Notes under the pieces: model-generated
Seen by the model: only the letters and a program-made list of their open reading frames with translations
Told to the model about the DNA's origin: nothing
The model's database searches: none
Shown: in pieces, positions 28,794 to 37,227 of the stretch
Layout: each line of letters opens with the position of its first letter
How positions within the stretch are numbered: position 1 is the stretch's first letter
Program-made: the position numbers and the translations under genes
From: an uncultured Candidatus Saccharibacteria bacterium
GTDB lineage: Bacteria > Patescibacteriota > Minisyncoccia > SW-4-49-11
Direction: 5' to 3'
DNA length: 64,000 nucleotides
NCBI GenBank assembly: GCA_964646465.1
Contig: CAZYEN010000029.1
Coordinates: 2,670 to 66,669 of the forward strand

Positions 28794-30239
28794 TTATAAA
28801 AAAAACTTTTTACGAATGATTTCATCCTGTTCTCTTTGCTTTTCTTCGATTAAATTGATGGCTTTAATTTTGAGGTCTTTTAGGTCTTGGGTGGCAAGTG
28901 CTTGGGATTGTGATTTGAGGTATTCAATATAATTTTTACTAGGGTCCTCTAAAATTTCAGCTAATAGCACATTGAGAATTATTCCTATAATTGGCCCAGG
29001 TTTAATATTGAGTTCATTTATCAAGATATTGCCATCAATTTTGAGCATGGATAAATCTATTGGGTCTAATAAAACCTTCTCAGTCATATATTCAAAGTGA
29101 CGTAGGCGATAGGGGCGGGCCTTTGGCGTACCTGATCCTATACGATCACATTCTCGCAGTTTAATCAAGTCTTTGATATTCTCAGCCCCTACATTACGTA
29201 CTAATTTACGAATTGAGGTCTCTGTAACTTCATTAGTATCATAGTAAAACATATGGTATCTAACTAGTTTAGAGATTCTAGCTGAAAACTTTTTGGGATA
29301 ATGTAATCTGTTCAAAATATCATAAGCCATACTGGCTCCTACTATTTCATGATTATGAAAGGTACAAGTTTTCCCAATACCTTCTTTGGTGCGGGGTTTG
29401 GCAATATCGTGTAGTAATCCGGCCATTCTTAAATCAAAACTCCAATCCATATCACAAGCATGTTGCATAGTTCGTAGTAAATGTTCCCATACGTCATAAA
29501 TATGATGCCCATTTTGCTCTACTCCAATACCTTCCTCTAGTTCTGGCATAATGTAGTGTAGTAGTCTGCTATCTCTGAGCAGAATATATCCATTCATAGC
29601 TCGCGGAGTCAGCATCATTTTGGTGAGTTCATCCCGAATTCTCTCTTGAGCAATATGTTTTAGATTTGGTGCTAACTGTTGTATAGCCTGTAAGGTTTTA
29701 GATTCAATCACAAAATCTAATTGCACAGCAAATCTCACAGCTCGCATTAGTCTCAAGGCATCTTCATTAAATCTATCTTGGGGCTCTCCCACCGTACGGA
29801 TGATTTTGGCTTGAAGGTCATCTAAACCTCCAAAAAAATCCTGAATTTCACCTTGTCTATTCATTGCAAGAGCATTTACAGTAAAATCTCGACGAGCTAG
29901 GTCTTGAGATAGTTCAGACACAAATTCTACTTGCTCAGGGTGTCTATTATCTGTATATTGAGACTCCTCACGGTAGGTTGTAACTTCAATAATCTCCACC
30001 GATTCATCAGGACGGCGATATTTTACCCCCACTGTGCCAAAAGTATTCTCATACACAGAGTCGGGGAATAGCTCTTGAATTTGTACAGGTAGGGCATTGG
30101 TAGTAATGTCCCAGTCTACGGGAGTTTTATTACCTAATACTAAATCTCTCACACTACCTCCAACGATAAAAGCCTCAAAACCAGCTTCTTCTAATGTGTG
30201 CAGGATGAAAAGTATGTGATTCGGTATATTATAATTCAT
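28794..30239 (-). CDS. cca: CCA-adding tRNA nucleotidyltransferase with an HD domain
   Basis: The head motif GGSVRDLVLG..DWDITT, the RFAVQLDF motif and the HD region LLHDIAK. Confidence 0.85.
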   Translation of the reverse strand: MNYNIPNHILFILHTLEEAGFEAFIVGGSVRDLVLGNKTPVDWDITTNALPVQIQELFPDSVYENTFGTVGVKYRRPDESVEIIEVTTYREESQYTDNRHPEQVEFVSELSQDLARRDFTVNALAMNRQGEIQDFFGGLDDLQAKIIRTVGEPQDRFNEDALRLMRAVRFAVQLDFVIESKTLQAIQQLAPNLKHIAQERIRDELTKMMLTPRAMNGYILLRDSRLLHYIMPELEEGIGVEQNGHHIYDVWEHLLRTMQHACDMDWSFDLRMAGLLHDIAKPRTKEGIGKTCTFHNHEIVGASMAYDILNRLHYPKKFSARISKLVRYHMFYYDTNEVTETSIRKLVRNVGAENIKDLIKLRECDRIGSGTPKARPYRLRHFEYMTEKVLLDPIDLSMLKIDGNILINELNIKPGPIIGIILNVLLAEILEDPSKNYIEYLKSQSQALATQDLKDLKIKAINLIEEKQREQDEIIRKKFFL

Positions 30240-30258
30240 AAAAATTTTTGATAAATTG

Positions 30259-30335
30259 TGGAGCCAATGGTGGGGATCGAACCCACGACCTATGCGTTAC
30301 GAATGCATTGCTCTACCAGACTAAGCTACATTGGC
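30259..30335 (-). tRNA. tRNA-Thr (anticodon CGU) with encoded CCA
   Basis: The rc reads GCCAATG-TA-GCTT-AGTCTGGTA-GAGC-A-ATGCA-TTCGTAA-CGCAT-AGGTC-GTGGG-TTCGATC-CCCAC-CATTGGC-T-CCA. I folded this cloverleaf by hand. The anticodon is CGT. Confidence 0.85.
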
Positions 30336-30393
30336 GCACTTTTAGTATAGTCTAAAATAGCTATTAGAGCAATATATAAATAAAAGCCCCCGA

Positions 30394-30741
30394 CTATCTT
30401 AGTGGGGGCTTTAATCTTTGAATTCTTGTGTTTGACCTTAATAATTTTGTATTTCTACGTATCAACTTGTCAATTAGACGATATATATTATCATCTAGTA
30501 AGATTGATATTTGAGGCATCTCAGAACATTGTTCTATTTGGTGGCGAATATGACTTATTGCAGAGTCTATAGTATTAATAGAGTTTCCACTTTTACCAAT
30601 ATCTCGTTGATCATTTTGAGTGATTATCTTTTCTAAACCTGATAAACTAGAAACTGAGATAGTCTTGGATTCTTTAGCTCTTTGTAATAGTTGAAGAATT
30701 TTATTCCATTGTTTATATGAATAAGTGCGTGAGGTCGACAT
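30394..30741 (-). CDS. Hypothetical protein
   Basis: A 115-aa ORF with a GAGG ribosome-binding site 5 nt upstream of the ATG. Confidence 0.45.
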   Translation of the reverse strand: MSTSRTYSYKQWNKILQLLQRAKESKTISVSSLSGLEKIITQNDQRDIGKSGNSINTIDSAISHIRHQIEQCSEMPQISILLDDNIYRLIDKLIRRNTKLLRSNTRIQRLKPPLR

Positions 30742-30819
30742 GAGACTTTCCTCTGTAGATTGGTATTTAGACTATCAAAATCTAAGTTTTATGTCAAATT
30801 ATGATTTATGTCCTCCTTT

Positions 30820-31020
30820 GGAGGAGGTGGCACGAAGTGGCGGTGGTGTATTAGGTTTAATATTATTACAAACAAGTGTTTATTTTAGTATTTCAAAATT
30901 TATCCACCCTCCCCCTACGGGTACTCCCTCCGAAGGGAGACAAAATATCAAATACAGGAGACTGCAAGGTCGCCCCTACGGAAAAACATTATGGAGGGGT
31001 AAACCCTCCGCTACGAGAAA
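30820..31020. repeat. GC-rich hairpin repeat cluster, an inverted copy of the 19330-19450 family
   Basis: The hairpin tcctcc-aaa-ggagga is present. tccaccctccccctacgggtactccctccgaagggagacaaaa (30903-30946) is the reverse complement of 19398-19440. An internal partial duplication (gtaggggcgacc...agtctcc) is also visible. Confidence 0.6.
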
Positions 31021-31044
31021 AAAAAGCCCCGCTGAGTGCGGGGC
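31013..31044 (-). terminator. Intrinsic terminator (gccccgcactcagcggggc plus U8) downstream of the GC-rich gene
   Basis: The hairpin and T-run are seen on the minus strand. Confidence 0.55.
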
Positions 31045-31065
31045 TTGAGTTGTAGGATCGGTGTC

Positions 31066-31632
31066 TCAGGAAGCCATGAGATCAAACAGAAGTTGGTACC
31101 ATTGATCGAGACCATCATTCAGGAGCTCCAATGCTTGGTCATCGATCACCTCCATCACTGGGGGGTGAGGTTTCCCGATGATGGCTGGTTTGCTACCTAG
31201 TTCTTCTCGGACACTCTCCCAATATGAGGCCGTCTTAGTTGAAAGCTGGAAACGTTCTCCAAGGAAGGTGGTATCCATTGAGGGCACCTGCCCAGGTAGG
31301 GTTCTATTAAACTCATTCCGCTCCTCCTGAGCGGCGAGAGACACCAAAGCCTCACGGGCTTTGGTGGCCTGCCCGTAATCAATACGGGCTAGATCCCGTT
31401 CGAGCTCTATGAGCTCAGCACTTCTGTCGCACCAAGGCGACACAAGTCGGTAAAATTCCACCAGCTGAGTGAGAGGAGTTCCTCCATGACTACGGAGAGA
31501 TAGGGCAGTATGAGTCCCTGTAGCTTTCTTCTTCAAGTGTTCCAGCTTCTGCTCCACTTGAGCAGAAGAGGTTCCTAGCGAGCGAAGTCGCTGAGGAATA
31601 TGAAAATTGGAGAGGACTGTGGTGATAGCCAT
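31066..31632 (-). CDS. Hypothetical protein encoded in a ~50% GC island
   Basis: A strong AAGGAG ribosome-binding site lies 8 nt upstream of the Met at 31632. Sampled lines are 45-57% GC, against about 28% for their neighbours. No motif was recognised. Confidence 0.5.
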   Translation of the reverse strand: MAITTVLSNFHIPQRLRSLGTSSAQVEQKLEHLKKKATGTHTALSLRSHGGTPLTQLVEFYRLVSPWCDRSAELIELERDLARIDYGQATKAREALVSLAAQEERNEFNRTLPGQVPSMDTTFLGERFQLSTKTASYWESVREELGSKPAIIGKPHPPVMEVIDDQALELLNDGLDQWYQLLFDLMAS

Positions 31633-31711
31633 TAGGCTAACTCCTTGTAAAATGTACAGAATTAACCATACCACAAAATCAACAAAATGTCAATATATAT
31701 AGACAAATATT

Positions 31712-33127
31712 TTAAGATTTTATAATTACACTTTGCCCGTCTTTATCCTGGATGGTATAGCCTAAATTAGATAATTCTTGTCTTAGTTTGTCAGCTTGTG
31801 CAAAGTCTTTATTAGCTCGAGCTTGATTGCGTTGATTAAAAATTTCTACTATCTCAGCGGGGATTGAGGTTTTGGTGAGGGGTAAATCTAGAGCCAGTAC
31901 TCGCTCTAATCTCTGGAACAATTTGAGTATATGGCGTCTTGGGATGGGCTCTTGTGCGTCTATTGCTGTGTTGACTTCTTTTATAAACTCAAACATAAAA
32001 GCAATAGCCTTTGGGGAGTCTAGGTCAGAGAATAGGGATTTTTTGAAATTATTATAAGTATCTCGGATTAATTTTTGGAGTTTTGGGTTTTTGCGATGGG
32101 GTTTGACTAAATTCACTCTATTAATAAAGTCTATAATTCGCTGGCGTGTTTGTTTGGCTTGCTGTAATGATTCCCAAGAAAAATCTATATCGGAGCGATA
32201 ATGTGCCATCAAGACCAATAATCTTAAATCTAATGGGGAATAGCCTTGAGTAATAATATCATCTAGGGTTATAAAAGTTCCCGCTGATTTTGACATCTTA
32301 TCTGTGTTGATAGTTAGAAAATAGTTATGAAGCCAATAATTAGCCATTGTCTTGCCAGTATCTGCTTTGAACTGAGCTATTTCATTAGTATGATGAATTG
32401 GGATATGGTCTTTGCCTCCTGTATGTATGTCAAATGGTGCATGAAGCAAGGAATCTGCCATTACCACACATTCAGAATGCCAACCAGGGAATCCAATACC
32501 CCAAGGGCTATTCCATTCCATTTGTCTTGTCTCTCCTTTAGGTGAGAACTTCCATAGAGCAAAATCTGAGGGGGATTTTTTCTCTCCCATCTCAACTCTA
32601 GCTCCAGCCTCTTGAGCTTGTAATTTTAAGTGAGCAAAGTCAGAGTATTCTTGTAATTTGGTAGTATCAAAGTATACTCCATCACTTGTAATATAGGTAT
32701 AGCCCTTTTTTTCTAATCTTTTGATTAAATTTATTTGCTCTCTTATATATTCGGTAGCTTTAGGGTAGTGATCGGATGGAAGTACATTAAGCTTAGCTAG
32801 ATCTTCTTGCCAGAGCTTAGTATATTTGATTGCTACTTCTTGGGCGGTAAGTTGTTCTCTTCTGGCTCCTTTTTCTAATTTATCCTCACCAGTGTCCTCA
32901 TCACTAACTAGATGTCCTACATCAGTAATATTAGTGACGGAGTAGACATTATAATTATGTAATTTTAGAGTTCTTTTGAGTAAGTCGTCAAACAGAGATT
33001 TTCTTAAATTTCCAATATGTTGCCTGTCATACACGGTTGGCCCACAACTATATATAGAGACTCTTTTGGGGTGAATGGGTTTGAATGGTATCACTGCTCG
33101 GGCTGGAGTATTATAAAGTTTAATCAT
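31712..33127 (-). CDS. cysS: Cysteinyl-tRNA synthetase
   Basis: The HIGH-type motif CGPTVYDRQHIGN and the KMSKS motif. Confidence 0.9.
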   Translation of the reverse strand: MIKLYNTPARAVIPFKPIHPKRVSIYSCGPTVYDRQHIGNLRKSLFDDLLKRTLKLHNYNVYSVTNITDVGHLVSDEDTGEDKLEKGARREQLTAQEVAIKYTKLWQEDLAKLNVLPSDHYPKATEYIREQINLIKRLEKKGYTYITSDGVYFDTTKLQEYSDFAHLKLQAQEAGARVEMGEKKSPSDFALWKFSPKGETRQMEWNSPWGIGFPGWHSECVVMADSLLHAPFDIHTGGKDHIPIHHTNEIAQFKADTGKTMANYWLHNYFLTINTDKMSKSAGTFITLDDIITQGYSPLDLRLLVLMAHYRSDIDFSWESLQQAKQTRQRIIDFINRVNLVKPHRKNPKLQKLIRDTYNNFKKSLFSDLDSPKAIAFMFEFIKEVNTAIDAQEPIPRRHILKLFQRLERVLALDLPLTKTSIPAEIVEIFNQRNQARANKDFAQADKLRQELSNLGYTIQDKDGQSVIIKS

Positions 33128-33135
33128 AAAAAAGA

Positions 33136-34779
33136 TTATTGTAATGGATTGGATGTAACTTTATTCGGTGGGCGATATGTAGAGTAGAAGGCATCTCTTT
33201 TTATCATAACATCACCTTCATATATTTCACGATAAGCTACTGTTTTCATTGAGCCATCTGAGCTAGATTCTAAGACAACAGGTTCAATGGTTTTAGCGGT
33301 TCGTCCTGTTGAGGTTCCATAAATTTCATAGTAAAGAATAGTCCCCACAATATAATGTTGAATTAAAATATGGTTGTTAGTATCATTTTGGAACCTAAAA
33401 TCTGGTTTTGGTAAATAAATTGTGGCATCAAGTCCTGGCTTCCCATAGTAATTTACCACATATGAGTGATTTCTTCTCTCTGTAATTTGTAGTCCGGCAT
33501 TCAGTGCAGCTCTAAATAGTGTAGTGGATACTTGGCAAATACCTCCTCCATATTCAGGTATGGTTTTATTCCCTTTTATTACTAGTTCTGGTAAATATCC
33601 ATTGCGAGCATCAACTTTACCTAATGTATTTACAAATGAAAACTCTTCTCCTGGTTTTAGTAGAGTGCTTGAGATTTTATTAGCAGCTACATTAATATTT
33701 CTAACTCTACTTTTACTAGACCCTCTAAAGTTAGATTCACCTTTTCCCAATAAAGTTTTCAGCCCCAGAGCATCAAACTGAGACTCATCAATCAAGGGTG
33801 AGGTTACTGCTACAAATAGTTCAGTTTTAGTGATGCCAGATAAAATATCATTTCTAATCCTCTTAGAACTTTCCTCCATCATTAATTTGGTACCTTCTTT
33901 TCCAGGCTCTAAGATCTCTATTTGTTGAAGTTCAGGATTAAATCTTAATTTAGCATTAACTGGTTGGCTGGTTAGTGTTTTTTGTACGGATTCAAGATAT
34001 TCTTTGATGATGTCTTGGGAAATATCAATTTCTTTAGTTGTCTGATCAATGGTAATCCAAGTAATAATTTCTTCAGGAGGTACTTTTATATTTATATCAT
34101 TAAAGAATATAGTATGTTCTCTTATCATAGAGTCAAGGTCACTTTTTTGAGACTCCCAAGAAGCTGTAGTAATAGCAGGGAGTTCTTTATTAAGTGGAAT
34201 TTCTAACCTAATACTTTCTTCTTTTAGCTTTGCAGTTATAGCGGGAGCAATGTTTTCAACATCCAGACTTTCTCCGGCTTGTTCAGGAATTATAATTATT
34301 ACTCCGTCTTTATAATCTAATTTAGCATCAGCAAGAGTTTTAAGAGCAGGATTTACTTTAGCTCCCAGTGATGATTCCAACACTTCATTGTCACTTGTAT
34401 ATATCCAATTGACATCTGTATCTTGTAGTATATGACTCAGACTAGTTATAATATTACTCTTTCTCTTTATTTTATAGGCTTGTACTAAAGTGTCATCTAT
34501 ATTAAGCTTGATACCCAATTCTTCTAATGTTGTAATATACTCCTGTCCTCCATAAGTTAGAGTAATATTTTTATTACTTAGATTTTTATTCTTTTTATCT
34601 AATATATCGAAAGCCTCTTTTAGATTTTTAGAACTAATATCTAATCCTTGTACTGACACACGAGGATAGACTGAGTCACGATAAGAATAAGCTACTACAC
34701 CAAATACAGTAGATAGGATTAATAATATAAAACTGATAATGATTAATGGTAGCTTAAATTTTTGCACAAATAATTTCAT
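33136..34779 (-). CDS. VanW-family protein (membrane-anchored)
   Basis: An N-terminal TM helix, and the C-terminal GGGICQVSTTLFRAALNAGL motif characteristic of the VanW domain. Confidence 0.7.
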   Translation of the reverse strand: MKLFVQKFKLPLIIISFILLILSTVFGVVAYSYRDSVYPRVSVQGLDISSKNLKEAFDILDKKNKNLSNKNITLTYGGQEYITTLEELGIKLNIDDTLVQAYKIKRKSNIITSLSHILQDTDVNWIYTSDNEVLESSLGAKVNPALKTLADAKLDYKDGVIIIIPEQAGESLDVENIAPAITAKLKEESIRLEIPLNKELPAITTASWESQKSDLDSMIREHTIFFNDINIKVPPEEIITWITIDQTTKEIDISQDIIKEYLESVQKTLTSQPVNAKLRFNPELQQIEILEPGKEGTKLMMEESSKRIRNDILSGITKTELFVAVTSPLIDESQFDALGLKTLLGKGESNFRGSSKSRVRNINVAANKISSTLLKPGEEFSFVNTLGKVDARNGYLPELVIKGNKTIPEYGGGICQVSTTLFRAALNAGLQITERRNHSYVVNYYGKPGLDATIYLPKPDFRFQNDTNNHILIQHYIVGTILYYEIYGTSTGRTAKTIEPVVLESSSDGSMKTVAYREIYEGDVMIKRDAFYSTYRPPNKVTSNPLQ

Positions 34780-34827
34780 ATATAATATATATTTCTAATT
34801 ATAGTTTACTACAGCTTAATTATATTA

Positions 34828-35829
34828 TCAAATAAACTTACCTCTTATTTGACGGAATATTTTATAAAAATTAAAAATAAGTCTTTTATGAATTAAAATT
34901 TGGCTATTTGGGTAATCAATAGTTTTACCTCCAAACTGTTTCTTGAATCTTGAAATTCCTTGCCAAGATTTTTTAGTATTAGATATTCCCCAAAAGTCAT
35001 AGATTCTTTTGCTGATTTTTTTTGCTTCCAAAATAGAATGCCACTGTAATAGGGGAGGAGCCATCAGATTACGATACTGATTACTGGAAGCTCCGTGTAG
35101 ATAAACTCTTTGGTCTAATATATCTAAAATAATATTTGCAGCTAAAACTTTCCCTTCGTGTTCGGCTATAATTAAAGATACTTTTAGGTGAGATGATTCA
35201 CTTTTGAATAAATGTCTGTAATGTGATTTTGAATGAACAGCAAAGTCACCTCGTTCACTAGTTTCTTGTATAAGATTGAAAAATATATCAAAGTATTTAT
35301 TAAACTCAGGTTCATTTATTGTAATTTTTTTAATTTCTACTCCTTTTTTTTGAGCCAATTTAATATTATATCGCATTTTGGAATGCATATTTTTTAGCAA
35401 ATTTTCTTCTGATAAGCTTAAATCTAATATTTGAGTTTGATGGGGAAGTCTTTCTAATGTACTATTTTGAGTATATTTATCAAAAAATTGAATATAATTA
35501 TTATATATATCTTTAGCTGGTTCTAGCAAAGTAAATATAGCATTATACTTTTGAGCTAGTTCTTTAATATTATCCCAAAATTCTTGAATTTGTTTTTGAG
35601 ACAGTTTGTCGGAGTATAAAATTGGACCCCTTGGGATATATAATTGGGTATATCTTGAAATTAATTTATAAACATAAATTTGGGCAAATATTATTATGTT
35701 ATTATTTTTATCTTTTATAATAACTCTCTCTAGAGTCAGATAGTCTGTCCTAATCAACTCTGCCCAATCTAAAAATTGATAATATTCTGATATATTGTCT
35801 GGGGATTTTTGATTAGGGGCTAATATCAT
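34828..35829 (-). CDS. FemAB/MurM-like aminoacyltransferase (GNAT-fold), tentative
   Basis: The C-terminus reads LHGASSNQYRNLMAPPLLQWHSILEAKKISKRIYDFWGI, which resembles the FemABX family. Confidence 0.4.
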   Translation of the reverse strand: MILAPNQKSPDNISEYYQFLDWAELIRTDYLTLERVIIKDKNNNIIIFAQIYVYKLISRYTQLYIPRGPILYSDKLSQKQIQEFWDNIKELAQKYNAIFTLLEPAKDIYNNYIQFFDKYTQNSTLERLPHQTQILDLSLSEENLLKNMHSKMRYNIKLAQKKGVEIKKITINEPEFNKYFDIFFNLIQETSERGDFAVHSKSHYRHLFKSESSHLKVSLIIAEHEGKVLAANIILDILDQRVYLHGASSNQYRNLMAPPLLQWHSILEAKKISKRIYDFWGISNTKKSWQGISRFKKQFGGKTIDYPNSQILIHKRLIFNFYKIFRQIRGKFI

Positions 35830-36785
35830 ATTAACTGTGGCTCTAATGTTGTTGCTATTTCAATAATTTCATCCATAGTAGCAAGCCCATTGACTGATCC
35901 TATCTCTCGCAATACTGAGGAGCTTTGTATGATACCCCATTTTAAAGCCTCAGATATATTTTGTGATTGAATAAAATTAGCTAAGAACCCAGCAGCAAAG
36001 GCGTCTCCAGCTCCAGTAGTCTCTCTTTTTTCTACTACTCTAGCTGGTAAATGTAGAATAGTATTATTATCACTAACATAAGCCCCATTATTACCATCAG
36101 TTAGTCCAATAGTTTTGACTCCCATATTATGTAATTTCTGAATCAAGTTAGGAATATGTTCATCAGAAGAATTTAATATATGCTGAGCTTCTTCTTTATT
36201 TAAAAATATCACATCGGCTTTTGGCAAAATTTGATGAATGAAACTCATATTATGTTTGAGTAAATATGATCCTGGATTAAAGGCAATTTTATATGAATAA
36301 TCTGTATTAATTAAGCTTTCTAATAATTTTTCACTACCATTGCTAAGAGATGTAATGTATATCCATTCACTCTCGGGTATAGTTAACCTAGTATAATCTT
36401 TAGGTTTATGATGAGATAAAACCACTCTCTCACCATTAATAGAAAGTATAGTAGATTGATTAATTCCAGAATTTTCACTAGGAATGATATGATCAGTATT
36501 TAAATTAGTGTCTCTAAGAGCTTTTAATACATAAGTAGATATGGAATCAGTACCTATTGAAGCTACAAAAGAGGTTTGAATCCCTAATAAACTTAAGCCA
36601 TAAGTTAAATTATAAGCATTTCCTCCTATATATTCATGCATTTCTGAGATTGGTATTTTATGTCCAATCTCTAAGTTAACCACAAAATTACCAGGATTTA
36701 TATCAGAGGGTACTATATCAATTTTAGGTAATACTAAAAATCTATCTAAGGTTATATCTCCAATTACAGCACATTGATAAGACAT
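35826..36785 (-). CDS. PfkB-family carbohydrate kinase (ribokinase-like)
   Basis: The C-terminal GAGDAFAAGFL signature and the overall fold profile. Confidence 0.8.
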   Translation of the reverse strand: MSYQCAVIGDITLDRFLVLPKIDIVPSDINPGNFVVNLEIGHKIPISEMHEYIGGNAYNLTYGLSLLGIQTSFVASIGTDSISTYVLKALRDTNLNTDHIIPSENSGINQSTILSINGERVVLSHHKPKDYTRLTIPESEWIYITSLSNGSEKLLESLINTDYSYKIAFNPGSYLLKHNMSFIHQILPKADVIFLNKEEAQHILNSSDEHIPNLIQKLHNMGVKTIGLTDGNNGAYVSDNNTILHLPARVVEKRETTGAGDAFAAGFLANFIQSQNISEALKWGIIQSSSVLREIGSVNGLATMDEIIEIATTLEPQLI

Positions 36786-36790
36786 ATTAA

Positions 36791-37225
36791 TTATGGGTTA
36801 ATATTAATAATTCTCTCATTTGAATTAATAACTTCAAATTCGATTTTAGTATTAGGGATGTTCTTCCAGAGATTTGGAGTTTTGCTAGCCCATTCGATCA
36901 ACAAAATATTTTTAGTGTTTTGAATCATATCCATAATACCTAAATCTAAAACCTCCCATTCTTGATTCAATCTGTATAAATCAAGATGATAAATTTTATA
37001 GTCAGAATCTGGTATAGAATATGGCTTCATGATTACGAAGGTAGGGCTTGTGACGGGTTGGACTACTCCTAAGCCAGCTAAAAACCCTTGGCTAAAAGTT
37101 GTTTTGCCTCCCCCCAATTCACCCTCTAGTAATACGACATTAGGTTTTTTGTTGTCTAAAACATCTTTAGCTATATCTTTAGCAAGATTTTTAGTTTCAA
37201 CTATAGATTTTGAAATTATTCGCAT
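36791..37225 (-). CDS. tsaE: tRNA t6A biosynthesis ATPase TsaE (YjeE)
   Basis: The P-loop LEGELGGGKTTFSQGF in a ~144-aa protein. Confidence 0.8.
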   Translation of the reverse strand: MRIISKSIVETKNLAKDIAKDVLDNKKPNVVLLEGELGGGKTTFSQGFLAGLGVVQPVTSPTFVIMKPYSIPDSDYKIYHLDLYRLNQEWEVLDLGIMDMIQNTKNILLIEWASKTPNLWKNIPNTKIEFEVINSNERIININP

Positions 37226-37227
37226 AT

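Noticed and set aside
30725-31048. 107-aa plus-strand ORF
   Set aside because: It spans the GC-rich hairpin repeat cluster and the terminator. It has no ribosome-binding site, and its Gly/Pro/Arg-rich composition is what a translated GC repeat would give.
19330-31050. GC-rich hairpin clusters considered as a CRISPR array
   Set aside because: The repeats are not regularly spaced or of uniform length. The spacers between them are kilobases of genes, and no cas genes are present.
31197-34206. ORFs 31197-31382, 31872-32057, 32327-32545, 33524-33781 and 33982-34206
   Set aside because: They lie antisense to, or nested within, cysS, the VanW-like gene and the GC-rich gene.
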